A stretch of 64,000 bases of DNA from Bacteroidota bacterium (GTDB lineage: Bacteria > Bacteroidota > Bacteroidia > AKYH767-A > 2013-40CM-41-45): contig JANOVV010000112.1 in the NCBI GenBank assembly GCA_031417555.1, forward strand, positions 45,559-109,558, written 5' to 3'. The notes beneath the pieces were generated by a model. It was given only the letters and a program-made list of their open reading frames with translations, did no database searches and had not been told where the DNA came from. Positions within the stretch are counted from its first letter, which is position 1. The number at the start of each line of letters is the position of its first letter. The translations under genes and the position numbers were made by a program. Shown one piece after another: positions 38,784 through 47,967 of this stretch.

Positions 38784-40761
38784 AATAATTCAAAACCTGC
38801 AATAACTGTTCACGAAACCTTTTCTTAGGTAGAAAATTCCATTCAAGATCTACATTCATTGGTACAGGAGTATCCAGGCTGGCTGAACGAATTATCGGTG
38901 CATCAAGAGATTCGAAGCAATGTTCAGAAATATGTGCAGACAACTCACCTCCTATGCCTCCGGTTAAAGTATCCTCATGAAGAATTATGACTCTTCCTGT
39001 TTTTTTTACTGTCTTCTCAACGGCTTCTTTGTCCCACGGCAGCAATGTTCGAAGGTCAAGTAGATCGGCGGATATTTCAGGCATACTCTTTAAAGTTTCT
39101 AAAGCCCAATGAACACCTAAACCATAGGTAATAATTGAAACACTTTTTCCTTCTCTTAACAATTTTGCTTTGCCGATTTCTATAGAATGATAATCATCGA
39201 AAACTTCTTCCGATATACTTCTGTAAAGTGCCTTATGCTCGAAGAACATGACAGGATTTGGATCTTCAATAGATGCAATAAGCAAACCTTTGGCATCCGA
39301 AGGAAAAGCGGGATAAACAATTTTGAGTCCGGGTGTATGAACAAACCAGGCCTCATTCGATTGGCTATGAAAGGGACCGGCACTTACACCTGCACCTGTA
39401 GGCATTCGTATAACGACATCAATAGCCTGACCCCAACGGTAATGAGTTTTAGCAAGATTGTTTATGATTTGATTAAAACCACAGGTGACAAAATCAGCGA
39501 ACTGCATTTCAACAATTGCTTTCATACCATTTATTGAAAGCCCTTGCGCAGCACCGATAATAGCGGATTCACAAATTGGTGTATTCCTAATCCGCTCTCT
39601 TCCAAATTTATCGACAAAACCTATGGTCGCTTTAAAAGCTCCGCCATATTCAGCTATGTCCTGCCCCATAATAATAAGATTCTTATGTTTTTCCATGGCC
39701 TGAGACATGCCATCTGTAATAGCATCAAGAAATCTTTTTTCTGTTTTTTTATTAGATGAGGGAATAATTACAGAAGTTTTTGTTTTTTCATAGATATCAT
39801 TTAATTCTTCCCCGGTATCAACTGCAGGATTGGATTCTGCAAAAGTAATTTCCAAATTTTTCTCTATAGAGTCTTTTATCTCTTTACGAATCAAAGAAAT
39901 ATATGCTTCGTCAATAACTTTTTCTTTAACTAAAAAATTTTCATAATTGTTAATCGGATCCTTCTTTCCCCATTCTTCAAACAAAGCTGGTGGAACATAT
40001 TTAGTCCCTGAAGCCTCTTCATGGCCTCGCATTCTGAAAGTCATGCACTCTAATAAAACAGGGCGCGGATTCTTTCGCATGGATTCTGCCAGACGAGAAA
40101 ATGTAGTATACGATTCGAGAATATTATTTCCATCGATTTGAACGGCTTCAATACCATAGCCAATTCCTTTATCGACAAAATGTTTCATTTTAAATTGTTC
40201 ACTAGATGGTGTAGATAATCCATAACCATTATTCTCGATGATAAAAATTACAGGCAGGTTCCAAACAGCGGCGACATTTATGCTTTCATGAAAATCTCCT
40301 TCACTGGTACCGCCATCGCCGGAGAAAACGGCAGTAATTTTTTTCTTTTTATTGAGTAAATCTGCTAAAGCGATACCATCGGCGACACCCATTTGTGGAC
40401 CCAGATGGGAGATCATTCCTATGATTTTAAATTCGATGGTTCCGAAGTGAAAAGAGCGGTCGCGGCCTTTGGTAAATCCGCCGGGTTTGCCTTGCCATTG
40501 TGAAAACAGGCGATGTAAAGGAATGCCACGGGTTGTAAAAACTCCCAGATTACGATGCATGGGAAGTATGAATTCGTCTTTTTCTAAAGCGAGTCCGCAA
40601 CCAACAGATATTGCCTCCTGGCCGATTCCTGAAAACCATTTAGAAATTTTTCCCTGACGGAGTAAAACGAGCATTTTTTCCTCGATCAGTCGTGGAGTTA
40701 ACAGTTCTTTATAAATAATCCGGAGCTGATCATCGCTATAAAGCGACCGGTCGTAATTCAT
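38782..40761 (-). CDS. 2-oxoacid dehydrogenase E1 component, fused alpha/beta subunits (TPP-dependent)
   Basis: TPP-binding GDGGTSEGDFHESINVAAVWNLPVIFIIENNGYG in the N-terminal half; the C-terminal half is a transketolase-like beta subunit; 659 aa. Confidence 0.85.
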   Translation of the reverse strand: MNYDRSLYSDDQLRIIYKELLTPRLIEEKMLVLLRQGKISKWFSGIGQEAISVGCGLALEKDEFILPMHRNLGVFTTRGIPLHRLFSQWQGKPGGFTKGRDRSFHFGTIEFKIIGMISHLGPQMGVADGIALADLLNKKKKITAVFSGDGGTSEGDFHESINVAAVWNLPVIFIIENNGYGLSTPSSEQFKMKHFVDKGIGYGIEAVQIDGNNILESYTTFSRLAESMRKNPRPVLLECMTFRMRGHEEASGTKYVPPALFEEWGKKDPINNYENFLVKEKVIDEAYISLIRKEIKDSIEKNLEITFAESNPAVDTGEELNDIYEKTKTSVIIPSSNKKTEKRFLDAITDGMSQAMEKHKNLIIMGQDIAEYGGAFKATIGFVDKFGRERIRNTPICESAIIGAAQGLSINGMKAIVEMQFADFVTCGFNQIINNLAKTHYRWGQAIDVVIRMPTGAGVSAGPFHSQSNEAWFVHTPGLKIVYPAFPSDAKGLLIASIEDPNPVMFFEHKALYRSISEEVFDDYHSIEIGKAKLLREGKSVSIITYGLGVHWALETLKSMPEISADLLDLRTLLPWDKEAVEKTVKKTGRVIILHEDTLTGGIGGELSAHISEHCFESLDAPIIRSASLDTPVPMNVDLEWNFLPKKRFREQLLQVLNY

Positions 40762-40778
40762 ATGATTTGATTAAAATG

Positions 40779-40786
40779 CAAAATTA
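40779..40786 (-). promoter_or_regulatory. -7 promoter element (TAATTTTG on the minus strand) for the E1 gene
   Basis: 18 nt upstream of the minus-strand ATG at 40761. Confidence 0.4.
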
Positions 40787-41039
40787 TCTAAAATTGCTTT
40801 GTATCTTTGATATCCAATTTCTGTTATGGACATACAATTGTTTGTTGTTATTTTAATTTTTACGGTAGCAGTAGTATATATGATACGTCGATTGGTAATG
40901 CAATTTCGTGGCAAGAAAAAATCCGGATGTGAAAAGTGCGGAATAGCCGACGAGGTGATAAAATAAACAGGGATTAGAAAATGTTTATTTGATTCCAATT
41001 AAATTATTGGTCTAAAACAATAAATGTAAGAGTTTTAGT

Positions 41040-41092
41040 AAAAAAAAAGGAGTTCCTAAATAGAAACTCCTTTTAATTTTTTTTCCGAACTA
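41040..41092. terminator. Bidirectional rho-independent terminator (A-run, GC hairpin, T-run)
   Basis: aaaaaaaaGGAGTTcctaaatagaAACTCCttttaatttttttt, downstream of the minus-strand lipoprotein gene that ends at 41100. Confidence 0.6.
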
Positions 41093-41099
41093 GTGCTAA

Positions 41100-41309
41100 T
41101 TATTTTACTGTATCAGCAGGTGCCGGAGCAGCCATATTAGCTGAATCTTGCATAGCAGCTTGTTCCATCATTGCGCCAGCAGCTTGTTCAGCAGCAGCAA
41201 TTGAATCTTGCATTGCTTTTTCAGCAGCAGCTTTTTCTTCAGCGCTAGGTCCGCAAGCAACAATTGCCATAAATCCGGCAGTTAATAGTGTAAAGAGTAC
41301 TTTTTTCAT
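41100..41309 (-). CDS. Small Ala-rich secreted lipoprotein (paralog 1)
   Basis: Lipobox AIVACG. Shared block ACGPSAEEKAAAEKA(M/R)QDS with the neighbouring gene. A terminator lies downstream. Confidence 0.5.
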   Translation of the reverse strand: MKKVLFTLLTAGFMAIVACGPSAEEKAAAEKAMQDSIAAAEQAAGAMMEQAAMQDSANMAAPAPADTVK

Positions 41310-41343
41310 TGGTTTAGGTTTGTTTGTTTTTATTTAGTGGGCG

Positions 41344-41351
41344 CAAAAGTA
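41344..41351 (-). promoter_or_regulatory. -7 promoter element (TACTTTTG) for lipoprotein paralog 1
   Basis: 35 nt upstream of the start at 41309; an identical box and flanks at 41778-41785. Confidence 0.4.
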
Positions 41352-41427
41352 TACACTTATTTTTGAAATAACAACAGTTTATTCAAAAATATTTAAAAAA
41401 TTAGATAAAAAGTCTGTTAGGGGATGA

Positions 41428-41745
41428 TTAATGTCCTCTTCCGCCTGTCACTTTTTTAGCTTCTTCTATTTTCTTTTGAACAGTAGTCTTGGGTTTTGCC
41501 GGTTTTTTAACTCCAGCAGCCTTTGCCATAGAATCTGCCTGCATAACCATTTTAGCTGAATCCTGTCGGGCTTTTTCCATTAAAGCTTGGGCAGCATTCA
41601 TTGAATCTGCAGCCATTTGAGCCATAACTACATTAATAGAATCCTGACGTGCTTTTTCAGCAGCAGCTTTTTCTTCTGCACTTGGTCCGCAGGCAATAAG
41701 TGCTGTAAAACCAGCAATTAATAGTAGTGATAAGATTTTTTTCAT
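41428..41745 (-). CDS. Small Ala-rich secreted lipoprotein (paralog 2) with basic C-terminal tail
   Basis: Lipobox ALIACG; the same conserved block as paralog 1; a duplicated upstream promoter sequence. Confidence 0.5.
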   Translation of the reverse strand: MKKILSLLLIAGFTALIACGPSAEEKAAAEKARQDSINVVMAQMAADSMNAAQALMEKARQDSAKMVMQADSMAKAAGVKKPAKPKTTVQKKIEEAKKVTGGRGH

Positions 41746-41777
41746 TTTAATAAGTGGTTGATTTAATATTTGGGTTG

Positions 41778-41785
41778 CAAAAGTA
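41778..41785 (-). promoter_or_regulatory. -7 promoter element (TACTTTTG) for lipoprotein paralog 2
   Basis: 33 nt upstream of the start at 41745. The flanking gcaaaagtat and tttattcaaaaata are shared with paralog 1. Confidence 0.4.
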
Positions 41786-41876
41786 TCTATTATTTTAATT
41801 TATCAAAGAAGATAAAAAATATTTATTCAAAAATAACCTACCTTTGTGAGATAAATTCTAAAAATTAATTAATCAA

Positions 41877-42569
41877 ATGAAAAAAAACATCTTATTATTA
41901 TCTTTATTAGTTTTGGGTATTGGAACTACTCTAACATTTACTGGTTGTTCAAAAGACGACACAACAAGCCCTGTTGTAACTATTACTGGAGCAACATCAA
42001 TCGAGCTATCGTTAAATAGTGGAACCTGGATAGACCTTGGAGCTACTGCTACCGATGATGAGGATGGAACTCTGATTGCAACTTCAGACGCAAGTTCAGT
42101 AAATCCAAATACTAGCGCTGTAGGAACTTATACTATTACTTATATTGCAACGGATGCTGCAGGTAATGTTGGAAGTGCCATTCGTACAATTCGTGTTAAA
42201 AACGATGCTGAAAATTTCGCAGGAAATTACAATGTGCATGATACTGTTCCCGGTGATGTTTTTCATTATACACAAACTATTACTGTAGATAATACCTCCA
42301 ACAATGTAGTTCATTTTAACCGTTTTGGTGATTATGCAAATAACTCAGGTATTTTTGCTAACAAACTTGGAAATGGAACTTTACAAATCCCTTCTCAAAC
42401 TGCAATAGATATCGGAACAGGTTCAGGATGTAATGTTTCTAATCATCAGTTTTCAAGTACAAACTTTACAGCCATATCAAATGGTTTTGTACTGGAATAC
42501 ATTGATCAAATTACTTCTTCAGGTTGTACTGCTACTACAACAGGTACTGCAACATATACAAAACAATAA
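41877..42569 (+). CDS. Lipoprotein with bacterial Ig-like (DUF5011-like) domain
   Basis: Lipobox LTFTGCS; the TITGATSIEL...ATATDDEDGTL...YTITYIATDAAGNVGSA pattern is typical of DUF5011 Ig-like domains; a strong terminator follows. Confidence 0.5.
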   Translation: MKKNILLLSLLVLGIGTTLTFTGCSKDDTTSPVVTITGATSIELSLNSGTWIDLGATATDDEDGTLIATSDASSVNPNTSAVGTYTITYIATDAAGNVGSAIRTIRVKNDAENFAGNYNVHDTVPGDVFHYTQTITVDNTSNNVVHFNRFGDYANNSGIFANKLGNGTLQIPSQTAIDIGTGSGCNVSNHQFSSTNFTAISNGFVLEYIDQITSSGCTATTTGTATYTKQ

Positions 42570-42586
42570 TACTATTTTATCATTGA

Positions 42587-42623
42587 AAAGGTCGTCCTCC
42601 ATCCGGTGGACGACCTTTTTTTT
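42587..42623 (+). terminator. Rho-independent terminator
   Basis: aaaGGTCGTCCtccatccggtGGACGACCttttttttg, right after the stop at 42569. Confidence 0.7.
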
Positions 42624-42653
42624 GCTTAGAAGTTAATCATTAAATTCGCCGGC

Positions 42654-44558
42654 ATGATAAATAAGCAAAGTAATTTTCATATTCTTACTTTTAGATTATG
42701 TCTGATACTTTGTATTTATTTTTTCTTACGATTATTATTTTTATTATTTAACATCTCCTATTATTCGGAAGTTGATTTTATTACTTTATCAAAAAGTTTC
42801 TTCTATGGACTTCGTTACGATATAACAGCAATTGTAATAAGCAATGTTGTATACATTGTACTGCATCTTCTACCGTTTCCATTCTTTTATAAAAAGTTTT
42901 ATCAGAGATTCCTAAAAATTCTTTTTTTTATTGTTAATATTCCTCTTATTCTTTTAAGTTGTATCGACATCGGGCTTTTTCAATTTACCGGTAAAAGATC
43001 AGGTTTTGAAATTTTTAAGATAATGAGTTTCGGCAATGATTTTATTAATACACTGCCTAAAATGATTTTGGATTTTTGGTATCTGCTATTGCTATTCTTT
43101 GTCATCACTTTTTTGATGTACAGATATTATCCTGCACTTAAAACAGTAAAGCCAAATACTCAACATAGTAGAAAATATTTTATCGATTCAATTGCAGGAA
43201 AAATTGTTTTATTTTTTCTTTTTACAGCAATGACTTTTATTGGCTTCAGAGGTGGCATTCAATATAAGCCATTGAATATTCTCAGTGCATCCCGATATGG
43301 CACTGGAAAAACAACAGTGTTAATACTAAACACGCCCTTTGTAATATTTAAAACTTATGGGAAGCAAACGTTAGAAGATATTCATTGGATGAATGATGAT
43401 GAATCAGAGAAAATAAATTCTTTTATAAAATTACCTTCTAAAAGAGAAAATTTTAAATCTAAAAATGTAGTAATAATAATTCTCGAAAGTTTCGGAAAAG
43501 AATACATTGGCAGTTTAAATTCTTACCAAGGATTTACTCCTTTCCTTGATTCATTAATCGGAAAAAGTCTGGTTTTTCAAAATGCTTTTGCAAATGGAAA
43601 AAGATCCATTGAAGGAATTCCGGCTATTGTTGCGGGAATTCCTGCTTTGATGACTGATCCTTTTATTACATCCGCATACTCTTCAAATTCAATTACCACG
43701 CTTCCCTCCTTGCTTAAATTAAAAGGATATAATTCGGTATTTTTTCATGGTGGAACAAATGGAACCATGGGTTTCGACAACTTTTCAAAACTTTCAGGGT
43801 TTGATCATTATTTTGGCAGAACCGAATATAATAATGATGCAGATTTTGATGGTAGCTGGGGAATTTATGATGAGCCATTTTTGCAACGTACTGCAGAAGA
43901 AATTAATACTATGAAGCAGCCATTTTTAGCAGCCGTATTTACGTTGTCCTCGCATCATCCCTATAAGATCCCCGAAAGGTATGTTAATCAATTTCCGGCC
44001 GGAACATTATCCATTCATCAGTCGATTCGATACACCGATTACTCATTAAAACGTTTTTTTGAAACAGCATCAAAAATGCCCTGGTATTTAAATACATTGT
44101 TTGTTATCACAGCAGATCATACGGCATTATCGGAGAACTCTTTTTACCAAAATAGTGTCGGACAGCTGGCAATACCAATTCTTTATTTCTGCCCTTCTGA
44201 TTCTACACTTTTTGGAAAAAGCAGATTGACGACTCAACAAATCGATATATTGCCAAGCGTATTAGATTATCTAGGCTATGATCAAAAGTATTTTGCTTTC
44301 GGAAAAAGTGTTTTCACAGATTCTTCTGAGAGTTTGGCAGTAAGTTATTCAAACGAATCCTACCAGTTAATTCAGGATAGCAATGTTTTTATTTTAAGGA
44401 ACAATGAGAAAAATTCTTTTTTTAACTTTGCGACAGACAGTTTGTTAAAAAATGAGCTTCTCGGGACTGATACAGTTAAAGAAAGAATGATGGAGAAGAA
44501 ATTAAAATCTTTTATTCAGAATTTTAATCACGCTCTTATTCATAATGAAATGAAATAG
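42654..44558 (+). CDS. LTA synthase (LtaS/MdoB)-family membrane sulfatase-like phosphoglycerol transferase
   Basis: Five N-terminal TM helices and an extracytoplasmic alkaline-phosphatase-superfamily domain (VIIILESFGKEY...); 634 aa. Confidence 0.75.
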   Translation: MINKQSNFHILTFRLCLILCIYFFLRLLFLLFNISYYSEVDFITLSKSFFYGLRYDITAIVISNVVYIVLHLLPFPFFYKKFYQRFLKILFFIVNIPLILLSCIDIGLFQFTGKRSGFEIFKIMSFGNDFINTLPKMILDFWYLLLLFFVITFLMYRYYPALKTVKPNTQHSRKYFIDSIAGKIVLFFLFTAMTFIGFRGGIQYKPLNILSASRYGTGKTTVLILNTPFVIFKTYGKQTLEDIHWMNDDESEKINSFIKLPSKRENFKSKNVVIIILESFGKEYIGSLNSYQGFTPFLDSLIGKSLVFQNAFANGKRSIEGIPAIVAGIPALMTDPFITSAYSSNSITTLPSLLKLKGYNSVFFHGGTNGTMGFDNFSKLSGFDHYFGRTEYNNDADFDGSWGIYDEPFLQRTAEEINTMKQPFLAAVFTLSSHHPYKIPERYVNQFPAGTLSIHQSIRYTDYSLKRFFETASKMPWYLNTLFVITADHTALSENSFYQNSVGQLAIPILYFCPSDSTLFGKSRLTTQQIDILPSVLDYLGYDQKYFAFGKSVFTDSSESLAVSYSNESYQLIQDSNVFILRNNEKNSFFNFATDSLLKNELLGTDTVKERMMEKKLKSFIQNFNHALIHNEMK

Positions 44559-44562
44559 ACAG

Positions 44563-45447
44563 ATGCAAAAAATCCGTTTTATTATTAATCCGAATTCAGG
44601 CACAGGCAAAAAAAATCTTTTACCGGATCTGATTAATAAATTTATAGATAAAGAAAAATACGTTTTTGAAATTTGCCTGACTCAAGCACCCGGGCATGCA
44701 ACTGAATTAGCTAAGGATGCAGTCGAAAAAGAATTTAATATTGTTGTCTCTGTTGGTGGAGATGGATCAGTAAATGAAACTGCAAAAGCGTTATTTAAAA
44801 CCAATACAACCCTTGGAATAATTCCTACAGGTTCCGGAAATGGCTTAGCACGACATTTAGGAATTTCTGTTGATGTGGAAAAGGCTATTAATATTATTAA
44901 TAAAGGTACAGTCGACAACATTGATACTGTATCTGTAAATGACAGATTCTGCATAGGAACTATTGGGGTCGGATTTGATGCACACATTGCACATCTATTC
45001 GCTAAAGCAACGAAACGGGGATATTCTACCTATGTAATACTGGTACTCACGGAATTTTCGTCTTATAAAGAAAAAAGATTTTCTATTCTTGTAGATGGTA
45101 ATTTATTTGAAAGGGATTGTTTCCTGTTGACCTTTGCCAATTCATCACAATTCGGTAATAATGCAGTAATTGCTCCATTTGCAAATATTAAAGATGGTAT
45201 AATTGATATTACAATAATGAGCAGATTTCCGGCTATCTCAGCGCCATCGCTGATTTACCGATTAATGAATAACTCCATACAAGGATCACGGTTTTTTGAA
45301 TCGATGAGAGGAAAAGAAATAATAGTTGAAAATAATGGTTCCTTACTTGGACATATTGATGGTGAACCGGTAATTTTTAATACAGATTTAAAAATAAATG
45401 TTAATCCGCTTTCAATAAAAGTAATTGTACCGGAAATTGTGAAATAA
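44563..45447 (+). CDS. YegS/BmrU-type lipid (diacylglycerol) kinase
   Basis: DAGK_cat motifs IINPNSGTGK, VSVGGDGSVNE and GIIPTGSGNGLARHLG. Confidence 0.85.
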   Translation: MQKIRFIINPNSGTGKKNLLPDLINKFIDKEKYVFEICLTQAPGHATELAKDAVEKEFNIVVSVGGDGSVNETAKALFKTNTTLGIIPTGSGNGLARHLGISVDVEKAINIINKGTVDNIDTVSVNDRFCIGTIGVGFDAHIAHLFAKATKRGYSTYVILVLTEFSSYKEKRFSILVDGNLFERDCFLLTFANSSQFGNNAVIAPFANIKDGIIDITIMSRFPAISAPSLIYRLMNNSIQGSRFFESMRGKEIIVENNGSLLGHIDGEPVIFNTDLKINVNPLSIKVIVPEIVK

Positions 45448-45809
45448 TGATTTTGGAAAAATATTTTAAGAGTTTTACCTACGCTATCGCCGGAATCGGA
45501 TATGCTTTCAGAAGCCAGGTAAATATGCGTTTTCATATTATAGCAGCTTTGGTAGTAATTATTTCTGCAATTATTCTTCATCTCTCTCCACTTGAATGGT
45601 GCATCGTCTTACTTTGTATAGGATCAGTTATTGCTGCGGAGCTTATCAATACTTCCATTGAAATAAATGTTGATTTACTCTCTCCGGAGCGAAATGTAAA
45701 AGCAGGAAATATAAAAGACCTGGCAGCAGCTGCCGTTTTGGTTATTTGTGCTGTTTCAGCAATAATCGGTTTGATAGTTTTTATTCCGAAAATAATTCAC
45801 TTCATTTGA
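45447..45809 (+). CDS. dgkA: Prokaryotic membrane diacylglycerol kinase (DgkA family)
   Basis: 120 aa, three TM helices, and AELINTSIE (DgkA signature). The start overlaps the upstream stop. Confidence 0.8.
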   Translation: MILEKYFKSFTYAIAGIGYAFRSQVNMRFHIIAALVVIISAIILHLSPLEWCIVLLCIGSVIAAELINTSIEINVDLLSPERNVKAGNIKDLAAAAVLVICAVSAIIGLIVFIPKIIHFI

Positions 45810-45811
45810 AT

Positions 45812-46144
45812 ATGTCGAAGAAAGTTAAACCAGGAGGAATTGTATATTCTACCAATCCGGATTATAAATATTCAGCTCAGCCACACCAGGGAGCAACCAT
45901 TGCACCACAAGCTCAGGACTTAAAAATTTCCCTCGATAAGAAAAACCGTGGCGGCAAAACTGTTACAATAATTTCAGGCTTTGTTGGAAAAGAAGAAGCC
46001 ATTGAAAAGCTTGGCCGTGAATTAAAATCAAAATGTGGTGTAGGTGGCTCTATTAAAGATGGGGAAATAATTATTCAAGGTGATCATAGAGATAGAGTTT
46101 TAAACTTACTTATGAAAGAGGGATATAAGGCGAGGAAAATTTGA
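45812..46144 (+). CDS. SUI1/YciH-family translation initiation factor-like protein
   Basis: GGKTVTIISGF...GVGGSIKDGEIIIQGDHRDRV pattern of the SUI1 family. The ORF opens at 45746 inside dgkA; the Met at 45812 fits better. Confidence 0.7.
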   Translation: MSKKVKPGGIVYSTNPDYKYSAQPHQGATIAPQAQDLKISLDKKNRGGKTVTIISGFVGKEEAIEKLGRELKSKCGVGGSIKDGEIIIQGDHRDRVLNLLMKEGYKARKI

Positions 46145-46256
46145 CTGGGATTATGGGAATGGGTGATTTTTTTGGAAAGATTATACTCATTACCGGAATG
46201 TAATATAGATTTGGTAGATCAGGAAAATTTAAAATTAGTTCGTAAAAAATATTCTT

Positions 46257-46787
46257 TCAATTTTTTTCACGAATATTTTTATAAATTTTTATTGCAAAAA
46301 TTAAAATAGCTGAGAAAATTATAATTCCAATTACTCCTTTTATCCAATTGGTCAAATCTTTCATTACGACAATAAAAATAATAGCAACTAGAAAAATAGT
46401 TGCGACTTCATTCCAAAGACGCAATTTCATACCTGAATAATGAATTTCGTTTTTTTGAAATTGATTTAATATTCGACCACATAGTAAATGATATATGGTA
46501 AGTCCGACTACAAACCCTAATTTAAGATAAAGCCAATCAGGAATATTTGAACCATACATATTTACTAAAAGTGCAATTCCAAAAATATAGGTACCTACAG
46601 CAGAGGGCCATGTGATTCCATACCATAAACGCTTTTCAGCACCTTTAAAATGTGCAATGAGAATACTTCGTTCCGGTTCTGATTTTAAATTTGCTTCTGA
46701 ATGATAAACGAATAAACGAACAATATAAAACAGTCCCGCAAACCAGGTGATAACAAAAATAATATGTAAAGCCATTAAATAAAGCAT
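46257..46787 (-). CDS. hemJ: Protoporphyrinogen IX oxidase HemJ-family membrane protein
   Basis: N-terminus LMALHIIFVITWFAGLFYIVRLFVYH matches the HemJ/UPF0093 signature; 176 aa; multi-TM. Confidence 0.7.
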   Translation of the reverse strand: MLYLMALHIIFVITWFAGLFYIVRLFVYHSEANLKSEPERSILIAHFKGAEKRLWYGITWPSAVGTYIFGIALLVNMYGSNIPDWLYLKLGFVVGLTIYHLLCGRILNQFQKNEIHYSGMKLRLWNEVATIFLVAIIFIVVMKDLTNWIKGVIGIIIFSAILIFAIKIYKNIREKN

Positions 46788-46791
46788 CGAT

Positions 46792-47925
46792 CTATTTATT
46801 GCTTTCTGAAATTACTCTGTTATAAAGATTCTCATACAAAGGAAGAATTTCCCGAATATCAAATTTTCTCGCATGAGCCAGAGATTGTTGCTTAAATTTC
46901 TGAAGTATATTTTCATCACTTAATATATGAATTGCATTACGGGCCATATCTTCAATATCGCCAACTTCGCTCATATACCCTGTAACTCCATTAACATTTA
47001 ATTCAGGAAGTCCTCCGGTATTAGTTGAAATAACAGGAACCTGACAAGCCATTGCTTCCAATGCAGCCAGACCAAAACTTTCTGTTTCAGAAGGAAGAAT
47101 AAACAGATCACCAACAGAAAGTATTTCTTCTACCATATCCATTTTCCCAAGAAATCGAATGTGCTCACCTGCCGGAGTTTCTCTGCTTTCTTTCTCACAT
47201 CTATTTCTATCGGGGCCATCCCCTATCAATAATAATTTAGAAGGGATCTTTGCGTTGATAATATTAAAAATTTTAATTACATCGCTTACTCTCTTTACCG
47301 GACGAAAATTTGAAGCATGAATAATCAGCTTTTCATTGTTAGGAGCAATGGCAACTTTAAAATGTTCTTTCCTTTGTTTGGTAAAACGAGATAAGTCAAT
47401 GAAATTTGGAATTACATCAATTTGCTTACAAATCTTGAAATTTTTATAGGTATCCTCTTTGAGAGATTTGGAAACAGAAGTAACGGCATCACTTTGATCG
47501 ATGGCAAACGTTACCACCGGGCTGTAGCTTTCATTCTTACCAACAAGTGTTATATCTGTTCCATGCAAGGTGGTTATAAAAGGAAGTTTCTGTCCTTGCG
47601 ATTCCATAATTTTTCTTGCCATATAAGCTACAGAAGCATGCGGTATGGCATAGTGAACGTGAACAAGATCGAGTTTTTCGTAGCGGGCAACATCAACGAG
47701 TTTGCTGGTTAAAGCAGTTTCATAAGGAGCATATTCAAAAAGCGGATAATCTGCCACACTAACTTCATGATAAAAAACATTTTCAATAAAATGTTCAAGT
47801 CGCACAGGTTGACTATAGGTAATAAAGTGAACACTATGTCCTTTATCTGCTAAAGCTTTTCCTAATTCAGTAGCAACAACACCGCTTCCCCCGAATGTTG
47901 GGTAACATAAAATACCGATTTTCAT
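46792..47925 (-). CDS. bshA: GT4 glycosyltransferase; probable N-acetyl-alpha-D-glucosaminyl L-malate synthase BshA
   Basis: N-terminus MKIGILCYPTFGGSGVVATELGKALADKGHSVHFIT closely resembles BshA. C-terminal GT4 region (E...GLAALEAMA). Confidence 0.65.
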   Translation of the reverse strand: MKIGILCYPTFGGSGVVATELGKALADKGHSVHFITYSQPVRLEHFIENVFYHEVSVADYPLFEYAPYETALTSKLVDVARYEKLDLVHVHYAIPHASVAYMARKIMESQGQKLPFITTLHGTDITLVGKNESYSPVVTFAIDQSDAVTSVSKSLKEDTYKNFKICKQIDVIPNFIDLSRFTKQRKEHFKVAIAPNNEKLIIHASNFRPVKRVSDVIKIFNIINAKIPSKLLLIGDGPDRNRCEKESRETPAGEHIRFLGKMDMVEEILSVGDLFILPSETESFGLAALEAMACQVPVISTNTGGLPELNVNGVTGYMSEVGDIEDMARNAIHILSDENILQKFKQQSLAHARKFDIREILPLYENLYNRVISESNK

Positions 47926-47967
47926 ACACTTTAATTAAACTAAGTAACAAAGGTAATACAAAGGAAT

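Noticed and set aside
40771-40998. 75-aa minus-strand ORF in the E1 upstream spacer
   Set aside because: It overlaps the E1 promoter region and the -7 box. It has no signal peptide or motif, and the opposite-strand 29-aa ORF and terminator fit the region better.
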